Origin: a candidate division WOR-3 bacterium
Lineage (GTDB): Bacteria; Hydrothermota; Tepidihabitantia; Tepidihabitantales; Tepidihabitantaceae
Assembly: GCA_965649225.1 (NCBI GenBank)
Contig: CBFGJX010000001.1
Coordinates: 32,001 to 96,000 of the forward strand
Direction: 5' to 3'
Length of the DNA: 64,000 nt
A model generated the notes under the pieces. The model was not told the origin of the DNA. It ran no database searches and was given only the letters and a program-made list of their open reading frames with translations. The position numbers and the translations under genes were made by a program. The first letter of the stretch is position 1, and each line of letters starts with the position of its first letter. Positions 9,586 to 19,505 of this stretch are shown here, in pieces.

Positions 9586-10080
9586 TCAGTCAAAAATCCG
9601 CGCCAGAAAAAACTCAAACGGCCCAACGATTGCCCGAGCCGCTTCTCTGGGATCTTCGGCAGCAACGCTGATCCAGTGTATGTAAAGAGTATCACCGACT
9701 ATGTCCACAGCCATTGTACCGGGCGTCAGGGTTATCGAGTTGGCAAGAAATACCCGAGCGACATCGGACTTCAGAATGGTTCGAATCTTGACTATTCCGG
9801 GCCTGAGCTGAAGCCCGGGGCTGAGCACACGCAACGCGACATCGATGTTGGATTTCAAACACTGATAGGCAAAAACCGGGACGTACACAATCAACCAGAA
9901 CCATCGTCTCGGATCCAGTAACCTCGTTGGGGTCAAGGGCAGCTGACCACCAAAAAGCAGGGCAGTCAACGAGGCAGCAACCCCGCCCACGATGAGCTCC
10001 TGGTAATGAAAGGTCCACACGAGGACCAGCCAGAGTATCATGGCTGCCACCCAGTAGACCAGACGTTGTCCCAGCTTCAT
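9586..10080 (-). CDS. Mrp antiporter subunit E (MnhE/MbhA-like)
   Basis: PGIVKI, LANSITLTPGT, LYIHWI. Confidence 0.93.
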   Translation of the reverse strand: MKLGQRLVYWVAAMILWLVLVWTFHYQELIVGGVAASLTALLFGGQLPLTPTRLLDPRRWFWLIVYVPVFAYQCLKSNIDVALRVLSPGLQLRPGIVKIRTILKSDVARVFLANSITLTPGTMAVDIVGDTLYIHWISVAAEDPREAARAIVGPFEFFLARIFD

Positions 10081-10081
10081 C

Positions 10082-11590
10082 CTAACCTCCAAGCACGCGA
10101 CTGGCATAACCGATCCCGTCGAGTAAGGACCGGGTAGCCGGGCCGACCAACCAGTCGATAACTGGCCTCACCCCAAACCCGAAAGCTACACTCAACAGGA
10201 CCAGGACGACCATCGCCGCTGCCATTGTTGCCGGTGATTCTCTGGCCAGTGTCGCATCGACTCCACCGCGCAGCAGAAATGATTTTGTTGCTACCCGTCC
10301 GAGGTAGGCCAGTGTCAAAACCGACAGCACCGCTATCAACAAAGCCAAGGGATACATCCGAACCTGAACTGCACCCAGCAGAATCAGCAGTTTCGAAAAA
10401 AAGCCAATAAACGGCGGCAACCCCACGAGCGACAATGCACTAAGAATATATGACCACGTTGTCACTGGCATGGAACGTTCCAAACCCCTGACCACATCAA
10501 TGTCACGACTGCCGGCCTGTAGTTCCACTGAACCCGAGGTCAAAAAGAGCGTGCCCTTGCTAAGGGCGTGGGCAACGATATGCAGCAATGCACCCGCAAC
10601 GCCCCAAAAACTGCCGATACCCAAGCCAACCAGGATGTAGCCGACTTGGCTGACACTTGAGTAAGCCAACATACGCTTCAAATCAGTCTGGACGAGAGCC
10701 AGCAGTCCGCCGACAACTATCGACAACAATCCAAGTCCCAGCAACACGTCAAAAAAGACCGGGGCAGCGGCACGGGAAAGCCCGAAAACATTGAACATAA
10801 CTCTGACCATCGCATAAATGCCTAGAACCTTGATGAACACTCCCGAGAGCAAAGCCGACACTGGTGCTGGTGCAGATGGATGTGCATCAGGCAACCAGGC
10901 ATGGAATGGCACTACCGCCATTTTCACCGCGAAGCCAGTCAAGAAGGTCGCAACCAGAAACCAGTAGAACGGTGTCTTGCCCGCCGCTGCCAAAACCAAG
11001 GATGCATCGGCCATATTCAGAGTGCCGGTCCGGGCATAGAGCAATGCAATGGCGAGAAGTATCGTCAAACCGCCAATCTCGCCGATGACCATATACTTGA
11101 AACCAGCCTCAAGCTCATCGAAGTCAGTCCCGAATGCAACCAGAGCATACGAAGCGACTGCTGCAATCTCGATGAAAACGAACAGATTGAAAATATCGCC
11201 GGATACCACAGCCCCGTTCAAACCAACCAGCACCAGCAAAAAGAGAACATAAAACTTCCAGCGTGCCGTATAGTGATCGAGGTAGCGTATCGAAAAAAGC
11301 AAAGCAGCAGAAGCGACGACGTTGAGAGCCAACAGCATCAACCCGGTCAGTCCGTCGAAGACAAGAACAATGCCCAGCGGTGGTGGCCACCCACCCATTC
11401 GGTAGACCAGCGTCGGGGAACCGCAGGCCACAAGCGCTACGCCATAGCCAGCCATGCCAAGCAGGACACTGCTGGCGAGGTTGGCGAGGATGTCACCGAA
11501 ACCGCGCCACAGGCGACTGAACAGAGGGACGGCAAATGCTGCTGCCAGCGGTACAGCAACAAAGAGCGGCAGAAAACTTGAATCCGTCAT
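10082..11590 (-). CDS. Mrp antiporter subunit D (MnhD/MbhH-like)
   Basis: GGWPPPLGI, DIFNLFVFIEI, PFHAWLPDAHPSAP, KRMLAYSSVSQVG. Confidence 0.92.
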   Translation of the reverse strand: MTDSSFLPLFVAVPLAAAFAVPLFSRLWRGFGDILANLASSVLLGMAGYGVALVACGSPTLVYRMGGWPPPLGIVLVFDGLTGLMLLALNVVASAALLFSIRYLDHYTARWKFYVLFLLVLVGLNGAVVSGDIFNLFVFIEIAAVASYALVAFGTDFDELEAGFKYMVIGEIGGLTILLAIALLYARTGTLNMADASLVLAAAGKTPFYWFLVATFLTGFAVKMAVVPFHAWLPDAHPSAPAPVSALLSGVFIKVLGIYAMVRVMFNVFGLSRAAAPVFFDVLLGLGLLSIVVGGLLALVQTDLKRMLAYSSVSQVGYILVGLGIGSFWGVAGALLHIVAHALSKGTLFLTSGSVELQAGSRDIDVVRGLERSMPVTTWSYILSALSLVGLPPFIGFFSKLLILLGAVQVRMYPLALLIAVLSVLTLAYLGRVATKSFLLRGGVDATLARESPATMAAAMVVLVLLSVAFGFGVRPVIDWLVGPATRSLLDGIGYASRVLGG

Positions 11591-11596
11591 AGCCGG

Positions 11597-11935
11597 CTAT
11601 CCTCTGAGCCTCCTTATTTCAGCGATATCGAAGGTCTTGTAGCGCTCATAAATCCTCATGGCGAGTGCCAGCATCAGTGCGGTAGTGGCAAGACCGATGA
11701 CAATTGACGTCAACACCAGAGCCTGTGGCAGTGGATCGACAAACTTGGTTGCAGTACCAGCCTCGGTAATAATCGGCGGTAGCGCTCCGCGACGATAGCC
11801 GATCACCGCAAAGAGGACATTGATTGCGTACTCCATCAGCGTGAAGCCAATCACAATCCGAATCAGGTTGCCTTTCGCCACTACGGCATAGAGGCCAACA
11901 ACAAAAAGCAGAATGCAAGCCAGGATCGGTACCAC
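11597..11935 (-). CDS. Mrp antiporter subunit C (MnhC/MbhG/NuoK-like)
   Basis: NLIRIVIG, DPLPQALVLTSIVIG. Confidence 0.93.
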   Translation of the reverse strand: MVPILACILLFVVGLYAVVAKGNLIRIVIGFTLMEYAINVLFAVIGYRRGALPPIITEAGTATKFVDPLPQALVLTSIVIGLATTALMLALAMRIYERYKTFDIAEIRRLRG

Positions 11936-11937
11936 GG

Positions 11938-12378
11938 CTACTCCTTCATCGCAAACCTTGAAGCACCAAGCGCCAGAAAAACCGCCAGCAGTCCCGCGCC
12001 GACCTTGATGCCGATGGCGATATTTGCCGGCATTATCAGTCCGCCGCTAAAGAGATGCAACGGCCGCCCGATGCCGAAGATCGGACCGTTCAAAAAGAAG
12101 TATCGCCCCCCAACATAACCAGCGAGAGCGAGCGCGAGAAAACCGATCCCCCCGAGACTTTCAAATACCGAGGAAAAAGCGTAGGAGCTGCGCTCGGCGC
12201 TCTCTACGGAGCCAAAAGCAAGTGAAAACAGGATGAACGATGCTGCCACCAGGACACCGCCGGCAAATCCCCCTCCCGGGCTGAGGTGCCCATGGACAAT
12301 TATGTAGCAGCCATAAAGGAAAAGCATCCCCCCAAGCAGTCGAGCAATCGTTTGAACAATGAGTGACATGCCACGCAT
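11938..12378 (-). CDS. Mrp antiporter subunit B (MnhB/MbhF-like)
   Basis: HGHLSPGGGFAGG motif; start placed at ATG 12378 after GGAGG. Confidence 0.92.
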   Translation of the reverse strand: MRGMSLIVQTIARLLGGMLFLYGCYIIVHGHLSPGGGFAGGVLVAASFILFSLAFGSVESAERSSYAFSSVFESLGGIGFLALALAGYVGGRYFFLNGPIFGIGRPLHLFSGGLIMPANIAIGIKVGAGLLAVFLALGASRFAMKE

Positions 12379-12379
12379 A

Positions 12380-12940
12380 CTATCCCTCCGAACCTGAATG
12401 GCCCGTCGTCCGGCGACCGACACGGCGCACAATAACGAGCACGCCGATCACCGCCGCAAACAGAACCGTGGCTTCGCCCAAAGTATCGTAGCCGCGAAAA
12501 TCAAGGATTATCGCCGCCACGAGGTTTGCCGCACCGGTTCGCTGCAAACCAGTGCGGACATATTCATCAGCGACACGCATTACCGGATTGCCCCAAAAAA
12601 CAGCTATCTCCGGCAATGCCCGAAGAGCCACGCCAAGGAGCAGAATGCTGAAAACGGCAAAAGCCGTCAGAGGCAGGACCGGTATCGAAGCTGGCCCGCG
12701 CGCGACAGTGCTGTCCGTGCTGGTCGTCCGCAAAACCACCGCTGCAAAAAAGACTACCGTGAGCACTTCAACAACTATTTGAACGATCGCCAAATCTGGA
12801 GCCTGCAAAAGCAGGAATACAATAGCAACGCTGAAGCCGACTATCCCCAGCGCCACCGCCGCTGCCAGCAAATCCTTAACATGAATCGCAACCAGTGCCG
12901 CCCCAAGCATCACTGCCAGCAATATGTAAAGCTCTATCAT
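12380..12940 (-). CDS. MbhD/MbhE-like fused membrane subunit (MrpA C-terminal homologue)
   Basis: LQAPDLAIVQIVVE and NLVAAIILDFRGYDTLGEATVLF. Confidence 0.88.
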   Translation of the reverse strand: MIELYILLAVMLGAALVAIHVKDLLAAAVALGIVGFSVAIVFLLLQAPDLAIVQIVVEVLTVVFFAAVVLRTTSTDSTVARGPASIPVLPLTAFAVFSILLLGVALRALPEIAVFWGNPVMRVADEYVRTGLQRTGAANLVAAIILDFRGYDTLGEATVLFAAVIGVLVIVRRVGRRTTGHSGSEG

Positions 12941-14853
12941 CACCGTACCAGGATCAACATTACATAGAAAACGACCGCCCCTAGGAATACCCAAGCGACG
13001 TACAGCGGCAGGTAACCGGTCTGCACTCTGGACAACAGCTTGCCGCACAGCTGTGCCAATCTGCCAAGAAATGCAAAGATGCTCTCGAGAATCTGACGAC
13101 TAAACTCGCGAGCCAGACTGCCAGCTGATCTCAAGGCAGCATCCAGCCAGTTGTAGAGATCAAAGGCCCCGATTCCGCCGAAATAAATCAACTCGCCCAG
13201 CAAGGGCAGGGTCTTAACCGGACCGTAGAAGGCAGTACCCGGTACCCGGCTCTCGTCCAGCTCGGCAATGCTCTCGCCGCCCACGTAAGCTTTACCGGCA
13301 ACCGGTGCAGCGGCAGTGCCCGAAATGTACACCACGATTCCGATACCCAGGGAGAGCAACAACAGTAATGTCGCCGGAAGCGGCTGCCAGATCCCTATCG
13401 GTTCAAAGTGACCTGACGCCGGAAGCGAGCGCTGAAGCAATGTCTCGAGCCCGAGCTGCTTCTGAAACACTCCAAAGGCAATGCAGGCCAGAGCAAGAAT
13501 GCCGGATGGAAGCCACATCGAAAAACCGGTCTCGCGCACGCCCTCCAGTCGTGACGGTCTCTGCCCCAAAAATACCGCATGGAGCAGCTTGACGAACGAA
13601 GCAAGGGTCAGCACGCTCCCGACCATTGCCGCTACCAGAAAAACCGGAAACAATCTCTGGCCTTCTCCACCTGAAATCACTATACCTTGATAAACCATCC
13701 ACTTGGACAAAAAGCCGTTCAATGGCGGTAGTCCAGCGATGGCCAGCGCTGCAACCAGAAACGAAACAAATGTGGCCGGCATCTGCCCCGCCAGACCTCC
13801 CAGCTCATCGACACGATCCGTCCCCGTTCGCTCCTGAACTGAACCGGCCGCAAGGAACAACCCGGTCTTGTAAAGCGTGTTGTTCAGCATGTGGAGCAGG
13901 CCACCGGCAAGCCCGACCGGGACGCCGCTGCCGATGCCAATAATCATGTACCCAACCTGGGAGACGGCATGAAACGCCAGCAACCGCATCACCCGCTTCT
14001 GGACCAGTGCCATAATCACGGCGGCCAGAACTGTCAGCGAACCAAGAGCCATCAGACCAGTGCGAACGGCCATGTTCGACGCAATATCAAAAACGTAGAC
14101 CGAAAGCCGAAAGAGCAGGTATATGCCGAGCAGTTTGTCCAACGTCGCCGGAATGAGTGCCATCACAGGAGCCGGAGAATTCTCTGAGGCTGCCGGAATC
14201 CACGAATGGAAGGGCATTGCGCCGGCCTTGGCCAGCGCCCCAACTGCCACAAGAACGAATGCCACCACCATAACCGGCTCAGCAAGTCGCATAGCAACCG
14301 GAGGGGCAATTTCAAGCCAGCCACCGCTCACTGCCAGCAGCACAATCCCCAGCAGCATCGCGAAATCAGAAAGACCAACCAGGACCAGCATTTTCGTTGC
14401 CGCGACATGGCGGTCTCCCCGCCCGACCAGCAACAACCCGTAAGACAGAGCGAGAAGACAGCCCCAGAAGAAAAGCAGTACCAGCAGGTTGGCCGCAAGC
14501 AGAACACCAAATGAACATGCAAGCGCCAGAAGAGCATACAGGTAGAATCCGCGTTCCCCCGGCGTACTGCGCACGGCGCGAACTGAGTAGAGAATTATCA
14601 GAGCGCCCAGCCCAGCCGCAAAAAGCAAAAGCAAACCCGAGAGAGCATCAAGCCGGAATGCAACCTCGATGCCAGCCCGTTGCAAAACACTGAACACTAT
14701 AACATCACGACGAGACTGAACGAATAGACAAATGACATAGTAGAGCGGAACGACACTGCCGATGAAACTGAGTTCAGCCCGCAACTTGCCGATGATGTAG
14801 GCAAGCAATGCCGATACCACGGGAATCAACATGATCAGCAGAAACGGGTGCAT
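12940..14853 (-). CDS. Proton-conducting antiporter-like subunit (NuoL/HyfB-like)
   Basis: KAGAMPFHSWIP, RLLAFHAVSQVG, GLPPLNGFLSKW; long C-terminal region. Confidence 0.88.
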   Translation of the reverse strand: MHPFLLIMLIPVVSALLAYIIGKLRAELSFIGSVVPLYYVICLFVQSRRDVIVFSVLQRAGIEVAFRLDALSGLLLLFAAGLGALIILYSVRAVRSTPGERGFYLYALLALACSFGVLLAANLLVLLFFWGCLLALSYGLLLVGRGDRHVAATKMLVLVGLSDFAMLLGIVLLAVSGGWLEIAPPVAMRLAEPVMVVAFVLVAVGALAKAGAMPFHSWIPAASENSPAPVMALIPATLDKLLGIYLLFRLSVYVFDIASNMAVRTGLMALGSLTVLAAVIMALVQKRVMRLLAFHAVSQVGYMIIGIGSGVPVGLAGGLLHMLNNTLYKTGLFLAAGSVQERTGTDRVDELGGLAGQMPATFVSFLVAALAIAGLPPLNGFLSKWMVYQGIVISGGEGQRLFPVFLVAAMVGSVLTLASFVKLLHAVFLGQRPSRLEGVRETGFSMWLPSGILALACIAFGVFQKQLGLETLLQRSLPASGHFEPIGIWQPLPATLLLLLSLGIGIVVYISGTAAAPVAGKAYVGGESIAELDESRVPGTAFYGPVKTLPLLGELIYFGGIGAFDLYNWLDAALRSAGSLAREFSRQILESIFAFLGRLAQLCGKLLSRVQTGYLPLYVAWVFLGAVVFYVMLILVR

Positions 14854-16088
14854 CAGTGCCCCCCCACACCGAGCCCGACTTCCAGCCAGTTGACTGGCAC
14901 CCCATACAGAAATCCCCCGGCGAAAACGATCAACGCGATAACCGCGATCGCGATTATCGGCATGATCGGCGGGGATTGCCACTCAAAATCAGTCGGACCG
15001 CCACCGAGAAAAACGGCAGTAAAGAGCCGGGTCATATAGACAAGGGTCAACAGCGCGGCAACAATTGCGCCAACGCCGAACACCAGACCACGGTCGACGG
15101 CACCAATCAAAATCCCGACCTTGCCAAAGAAACCGAAAGAAGGAGGAATTCCAACCACCGTAAGAGTCAACAGGGCCGTCATCACCGCTAGAACGGGTGA
15201 ATGCTGCGCCACGCGCCCCAGTTTGCTTATCTCATTCCTACCAGTGGCCTCCTCAACTAGACCAAATGCGTAAAACAATCCAGATTTTGCCAAAGCATGA
15301 GTTGCCAGGTAAAGAAGTGCTCCGATCACGCCGTAGTACGAAACAGTCGCTAGTCCTAAAATCACCAGCCCCATTTGCCCCATCGTTGAGTACGCAAGCG
15401 TAGTCCGGATACTCCGAGAAGCCAGTGCCGCACCACCAGCGATAAGACTCGAAATCACCGCCAAAGCGGCAACAAAAGGCAAAAACCCGTCCGCTGCGCG
15501 CATCCCGGTGACGAAAAACTTGAAAAACATCACACCCCCGACGCTTTCGGCAACACCGGAAAGCAAAGCACAGATTGGTGCCGGTGCTGCACGATAGGCC
15601 CGAGGTAGCCAGACGTACAAAGGCAACACGGCCGACTTTGCAATTATCCCCGTAAGCAACAGAACCGCAGGCAACAACTCGATAGTTCGGCCGGCAAGAC
15701 CCGCAAAGCTCAGTGTCCGGTGCTGCTCGAAAACCAAAGCCAACCCAACCAGCATCACTGCCGAGGCGGCAAAATTCATGTACCAGGTCCAGGCCGCAGC
15801 ATCGGCACTATCGTCCTGGCGATAAAACAACACCAAACGCCAGATAGCAAAACCGGACAGTTCCCAAAGGACGAAACCAACCAGGAGATTGCCGGCATAA
15901 GCAATCCCGATGCCGCATGCTGTCAGGAGGACAACGAAAGCATAATATTCAGCAAGCTGACCCGCCGCAGCACGCACTCGGTAGATCGAATAGAGCAGCA
16001 CCGTCAGCCCGACTACGCCAAATACAGTTCCCAAAAAGAACTCGACGGCACCGCCGCCAAAGTCAAACCAGTTGACGGGCAAAGTCAT
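14853..16088 (-). CDS. Proton-conducting antiporter-like subunit (NuoM/N-like)
   Basis: LWELSG, KSAVLPLYVWLPRAY, LAYSTMGQMG, HALAKSGLF. Confidence 0.87.
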   Translation of the reverse strand: MTLPVNWFDFGGGAVEFFLGTVFGVVGLTVLLYSIYRVRAAAGQLAEYYAFVVLLTACGIGIAYAGNLLVGFVLWELSGFAIWRLVLFYRQDDSADAAAWTWYMNFAASAVMLVGLALVFEQHRTLSFAGLAGRTIELLPAVLLLTGIIAKSAVLPLYVWLPRAYRAAPAPICALLSGVAESVGGVMFFKFFVTGMRAADGFLPFVAALAVISSLIAGGAALASRSIRTTLAYSTMGQMGLVILGLATVSYYGVIGALLYLATHALAKSGLFYAFGLVEEATGRNEISKLGRVAQHSPVLAVMTALLTLTVVGIPPSFGFFGKVGILIGAVDRGLVFGVGAIVAALLTLVYMTRLFTAVFLGGGPTDFEWQSPPIMPIIAIAVIALIVFAGGFLYGVPVNWLEVGLGVGGH

Positions 16089-17284
16089 CCCAGCCGCTCC
16101 CGGATCCGCTCGGTCTTCTGCCACGAAAGCCTGAGCAATTCCTGCCAACCGTATTTCAATTTGCCATCTTCGAATGCCGCCATCCGTTCAGTACAGCAAT
16201 AACAGGGGTCAACCGCCGCCAGCGTCAGTGCCGCGTCGGCAATACTGCCCCCCCGCACCGCAACTATGTTGGAAGCAATATTCATGTAGCTGGGTGCCCT
16301 GACCTTGTGCCGCAAAGGCCGGTTGGTGCCGTCGGAACGAATGTAGTGAAAGACCTCGCCCCGCGGTGCCTCCTGGCGTCCGATGCCTTCGCCTGCCGGT
16401 ATCTCGTCGATTCGGGTCTCGATCGGTCCGTCGGGCAGATGTTCAAGAGCGTACCGAACGATTTTGACCGACTCGATGGTCTCCAACAGACGGACCTTCG
16501 CCTTGGCAAAAACATCTCCTTCAGCACAGCACACGACATTAAAAGGCATCTCGGCATAAGCGGCACAAGGTTCGTCTCGACGGAGGTCGATGTCGTAGCC
16601 GGAAGCACGGGCAGTGGGGCCGACAACCGAATAGGCCACTGCCTGCTCGCGTGTCAAAACGCCAACTCCCTCCAGCCGGGCCCGCAGGACCGGGTCATCG
16701 AGGACAGCCTTTGTCAGCATAACCGTCTTCTTCTCCACCAGGTCCAACGCCTTCAGAATATCCGGTATGTACTCCGGTTTGATGTCGCGTCGGACTCCAC
16801 CCGGCTTGTTAGCCGCGTAGTGATTCCGGTTGCCGGTGATCATCTCGAAAATCTGCAACACCGGTTCGCGATACCGCCACGCCCACATCCAGACCGTATT
16901 GTAGCCGATGAAATGCCCAGCCAGACCTACCCACAACAAATGCGAGTGTATTCGCTCCAATTCCTGAATGATGACCCGGATATACTGTGCGCGCGGCGGC
17001 GGTGTGATACCGGCGCAGTCTTCCACCGCCAGGACACAGGCGAATGGATGGGAATTAGAACAGATGCCACAAATCCTCTCAACGAGGAAAGGGATCTGGT
17101 CATAAGTCAACTCTGGCGAAATGAACTCGTGACCGCGATGGTTGTAGCCGAGATTGATTTCCATATCAACCACGGTCTCACCCTCGACAATCAGCTTGAA
17201 GAATTCCGGCTCTTCCTGCAGCGGATGATACGGGCCGATCGGAACTATCCGTCTATTCTTCGTGCTGCCTAGCTCTGTGCTCAT
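16085..17284 (-). CDS. Group 4 [NiFe] hydrogenase large subunit (MbhL/EchE-like)
   Basis: IGPYHP, L1 motif ERICGICSNSH, EAPRGE, L2 motif DPCYCCTER with a C-terminal extension. Confidence 0.95.
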   Translation of the reverse strand: MSTELGSTKNRRIVPIGPYHPLQEEPEFFKLIVEGETVVDMEINLGYNHRGHEFISPELTYDQIPFLVERICGICSNSHPFACVLAVEDCAGITPPPRAQYIRVIIQELERIHSHLLWVGLAGHFIGYNTVWMWAWRYREPVLQIFEMITGNRNHYAANKPGGVRRDIKPEYIPDILKALDLVEKKTVMLTKAVLDDPVLRARLEGVGVLTREQAVAYSVVGPTARASGYDIDLRRDEPCAAYAEMPFNVVCCAEGDVFAKAKVRLLETIESVKIVRYALEHLPDGPIETRIDEIPAGEGIGRQEAPRGEVFHYIRSDGTNRPLRHKVRAPSYMNIASNIVAVRGGSIADAALTLAAVDPCYCCTERMAAFEDGKLKYGWQELLRLSWQKTERIRERLG

Positions 17285-17705
17285 AGTCTCTCCGCAGGGG
17301 CAGCCGGGAGGAATCCCAGTCGGTGTCCGAAGTGAGCAACGGCACCGGATTGGGATGACCGGCAAACTGGACGCCAAACATCTCGGCAATCTCGCGTTCA
17401 ATCCATTCTGCAGCCGGAAACCAGACCGCCTGAGACTCCAAGACGGGATCGTCTTTCGGAACCATGACTTTCAGGGTATACATTACGCCTTGACTGTCGT
17501 CGGAAAAGTGGTACAGCACCTCATAGCCTTCGCGAGTGTCGATTCCCGTACAAATCGACAGCCGACAACCCAGCTCAAGATGCAACAGCCGACAGGCAGC
17601 AGTAAGGCTCTCGCGCCCGATACGAAGATAGTATCGCCGCGGGTTGTAGACCTGAACTTCAGCGTCGGGGAAACGCTCCCGGAAAGCCTGTTCGATTGCT
17701 GTCAT
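17253..17705 (-). CDS. NuoC/MbhK-like subunit
   Basis: FPAAEWIEREIAEMFGVQFAGHPN, PLRRD. Confidence 0.9.
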   Translation of the reverse strand: MTAIEQAFRERFPDAEVQVYNPRRYYLRIGRESLTAACRLLHLELGCRLSICTGIDTREGYEVLYHFSDDSQGVMYTLKVMVPKDDPVLESQAVWFPAAEWIEREIAEMFGVQFAGHPNPVPLLTSDTDWDSSRLPLRRDYEHRARQHEE

Positions 17706-18118
17706 AGTCTTGCCAGCGCCCGGACAACGCCGAGTATCATTGCTTCGGGTTTTGGCGGGCAACCCGGCACATAAGCGTGCATCGGCAGATGGCGGTCATA
17801 GGGCCCAACGGCGTTGTAGGAATTGCGAAACAACTGTTTGCCACAGGCGCACGTGCCAATCCCGATAACCAGACAGGGCTTAGCAGTCTGCCGGTAAGTC
17901 TCGAGTACACGCGGCAACGATTTGCGGTTAATGACGCCGGTCACCAGCAACGCATCGGCGTGACGCGGCGAGCCGACCAGAACAACTCCAAACCTTTCAA
18001 CATCGTACCGGGGAGTGAGCAACTCCAGTATCTCGATGTCACAGTTGTTGCATGACGCCGCCGCCAAGTGATACACCCACGGAGCGCGTTTCAGCCCCCA
18101 GAGTCCAACTCTATTCAT
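17702..18118 (-). CDS. Group 4 hydrogenase small subunit (NuoB/MbhJ-like)
   Basis: SCNNCDIE, SPRHAD, IGTCAC, VPGCPPKPE. Confidence 0.95.
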   Translation of the reverse strand: MNRVGLWGLKRAPWVYHLAAASCNNCDIEILELLTPRYDVERFGVVLVGSPRHADALLVTGVINRKSLPRVLETYRQTAKPCLVIGIGTCACGKQLFRNSYNAVGPYDRHLPMHAYVPGCPPKPEAMILGVVRALARL

Positions 18119-19044
18119 AGACCCACCGACGCAAGTATGACCGCGGCGATGCCGACAGCGCCCAGTACAAACCAGAAAAAGCGCAATGCCTGATCAACCC
18201 GGAGACGTGGATTGGTGTTCTTAACCAGAATCACCGGGACAACAACCGCAAGAATTTTGAGTACTGCCCACCAATCACGGACTCCGCCCCACAACACTGT
18301 CACCAGAAACACCGGCAGGAGCAGCAACATCATCGCCCGGGTTATCCGGAATGCTGCCAGCGTAACCCCGGAGTACTCGACAAAAACCCCGCCCATGATT
18401 TCCTGTTCAGCCTCGGCCATATCGAACGGCACAAGTCCCAGCTTGGCCTGAATCACCAGCAGAATGATGACTGCTGCCAGCACCCCGGAAATCGAGTAAA
18501 GAAACGGCCCCTGCTCTAACTGTACCCGTACCATCTCACCGAGTCTCAAGGCACCGTTCGCCTTGATGACCGGTACCAGCAGAGCAAGCACAAACGGAAA
18601 CTCGTAACCGAGGTACAGGGTCATCTCCCGCGAGGCTCCGACTGCAGCGAGCGGGTTTCGGCTGGCTGATGCACCCAGCAGCACCCCCAGTGGCGGCAAG
18701 GCAAAAAGATAAATCAGCACAAGGATGTCGCCGATAAACGAACCATCGGGCTGGTAATTGACATAGAACAGTAGCGCACCGACTAGACACATTCCCGCCA
18801 GCCCAAGCAAGGGTGCCAGCAGGAAAGTTGCACGATGAGCGCCAGCCGGCACGATCGTCTGCTTTATCGAAAGCTTGAGCAAGTCGGCCCAGGGTTGAAA
18901 GATCGGTGGCCCCTTGCGCATCTGAACACGGGCGCTGACGAAACGGTCTACCCAACTTAGAAGCATGCCGACATTCGCACTGAACAGAAAACTCAGCAGG
19001 ACTGCAAGAGCATATTCCAGCCCTCTGGTGTACCCGAGGTTCAC
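18115..19044 (-). CDS. NuoH/MbhM-like membrane subunit
   Basis: DRFVSARVQMRKGPP, PFDMAEAEQEI, EYSG; GTG start overlaps the upstream stop. Confidence 0.93.
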   Translation of the reverse strand: MNLGYTRGLEYALAVLLSFLFSANVGMLLSWVDRFVSARVQMRKGPPIFQPWADLLKLSIKQTIVPAGAHRATFLLAPLLGLAGMCLVGALLFYVNYQPDGSFIGDILVLIYLFALPPLGVLLGASASRNPLAAVGASREMTLYLGYEFPFVLALLVPVIKANGALRLGEMVRVQLEQGPFLYSISGVLAAVIILLVIQAKLGLVPFDMAEAEQEIMGGVFVEYSGVTLAAFRITRAMMLLLLPVFLVTVLWGGVRDWWAVLKILAVVVPVILVKNTNPRLRVDQALRFFWFVLGAVGIAAVILASVGL

Positions 19045-19505
19045 GAGCGCCTCCAATGCGCCGACCGCCCGAGCAACCGAGCTCCAACCCGAACCTCTCG
19101 CGTCGTCTCGACCTCGACAAACTGCAAAGCACCGGTAGGGCAGGTTTGGACACAACGCGGTCCCTCCGGCCGGTCACTGCACAAACTGCACTTCTGCGCC
19201 ATATGTCGGACAAGCTCAGGCTGTATCACACCAAACGGGCAGGCCAGAGCGCAGGAACGACATCCGACGCAGTGGAAATCAGACTTGCGAACGACGCCAC
19301 CGGCAGGGTCACGGACAATAACCCCGAACGGACAGGCAGCGGCACATAACGGCTCAGCGCAGTGCCGGCATGCCTGAGGCAGAAGCGTACCGGGGTCAAG
19401 CTCAGCATGCCGGATCCGTGCCTCGCCCTTGAAACGGGACCGGCACGCCGCTTCGCACGACCGGCAGCCGATACAGTAATCCAAACGCAGTACAATGCTC
19501 TTCAC
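19041..19505 (-). CDS. 4x[4Fe-4S] electron-transfer subunit (HycB/HydN/CooF-like)
   Basis: CIGCRSCEAAC, CRHCAEPLCAAACP, CVGCRSCALACP, KCSLC...CVQTCP. Confidence 0.9.
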   Translation of the reverse strand: MKSIVLRLDYCIGCRSCEAACRSRFKGEARIRHAELDPGTLLPQACRHCAEPLCAAACPFGVIVRDPAGGVVRKSDFHCVGCRSCALACPFGVIQPELVRHMAQKCSLCSDRPEGPRCVQTCPTGALQFVEVETTREVRVGARLLGRSAHWRRS

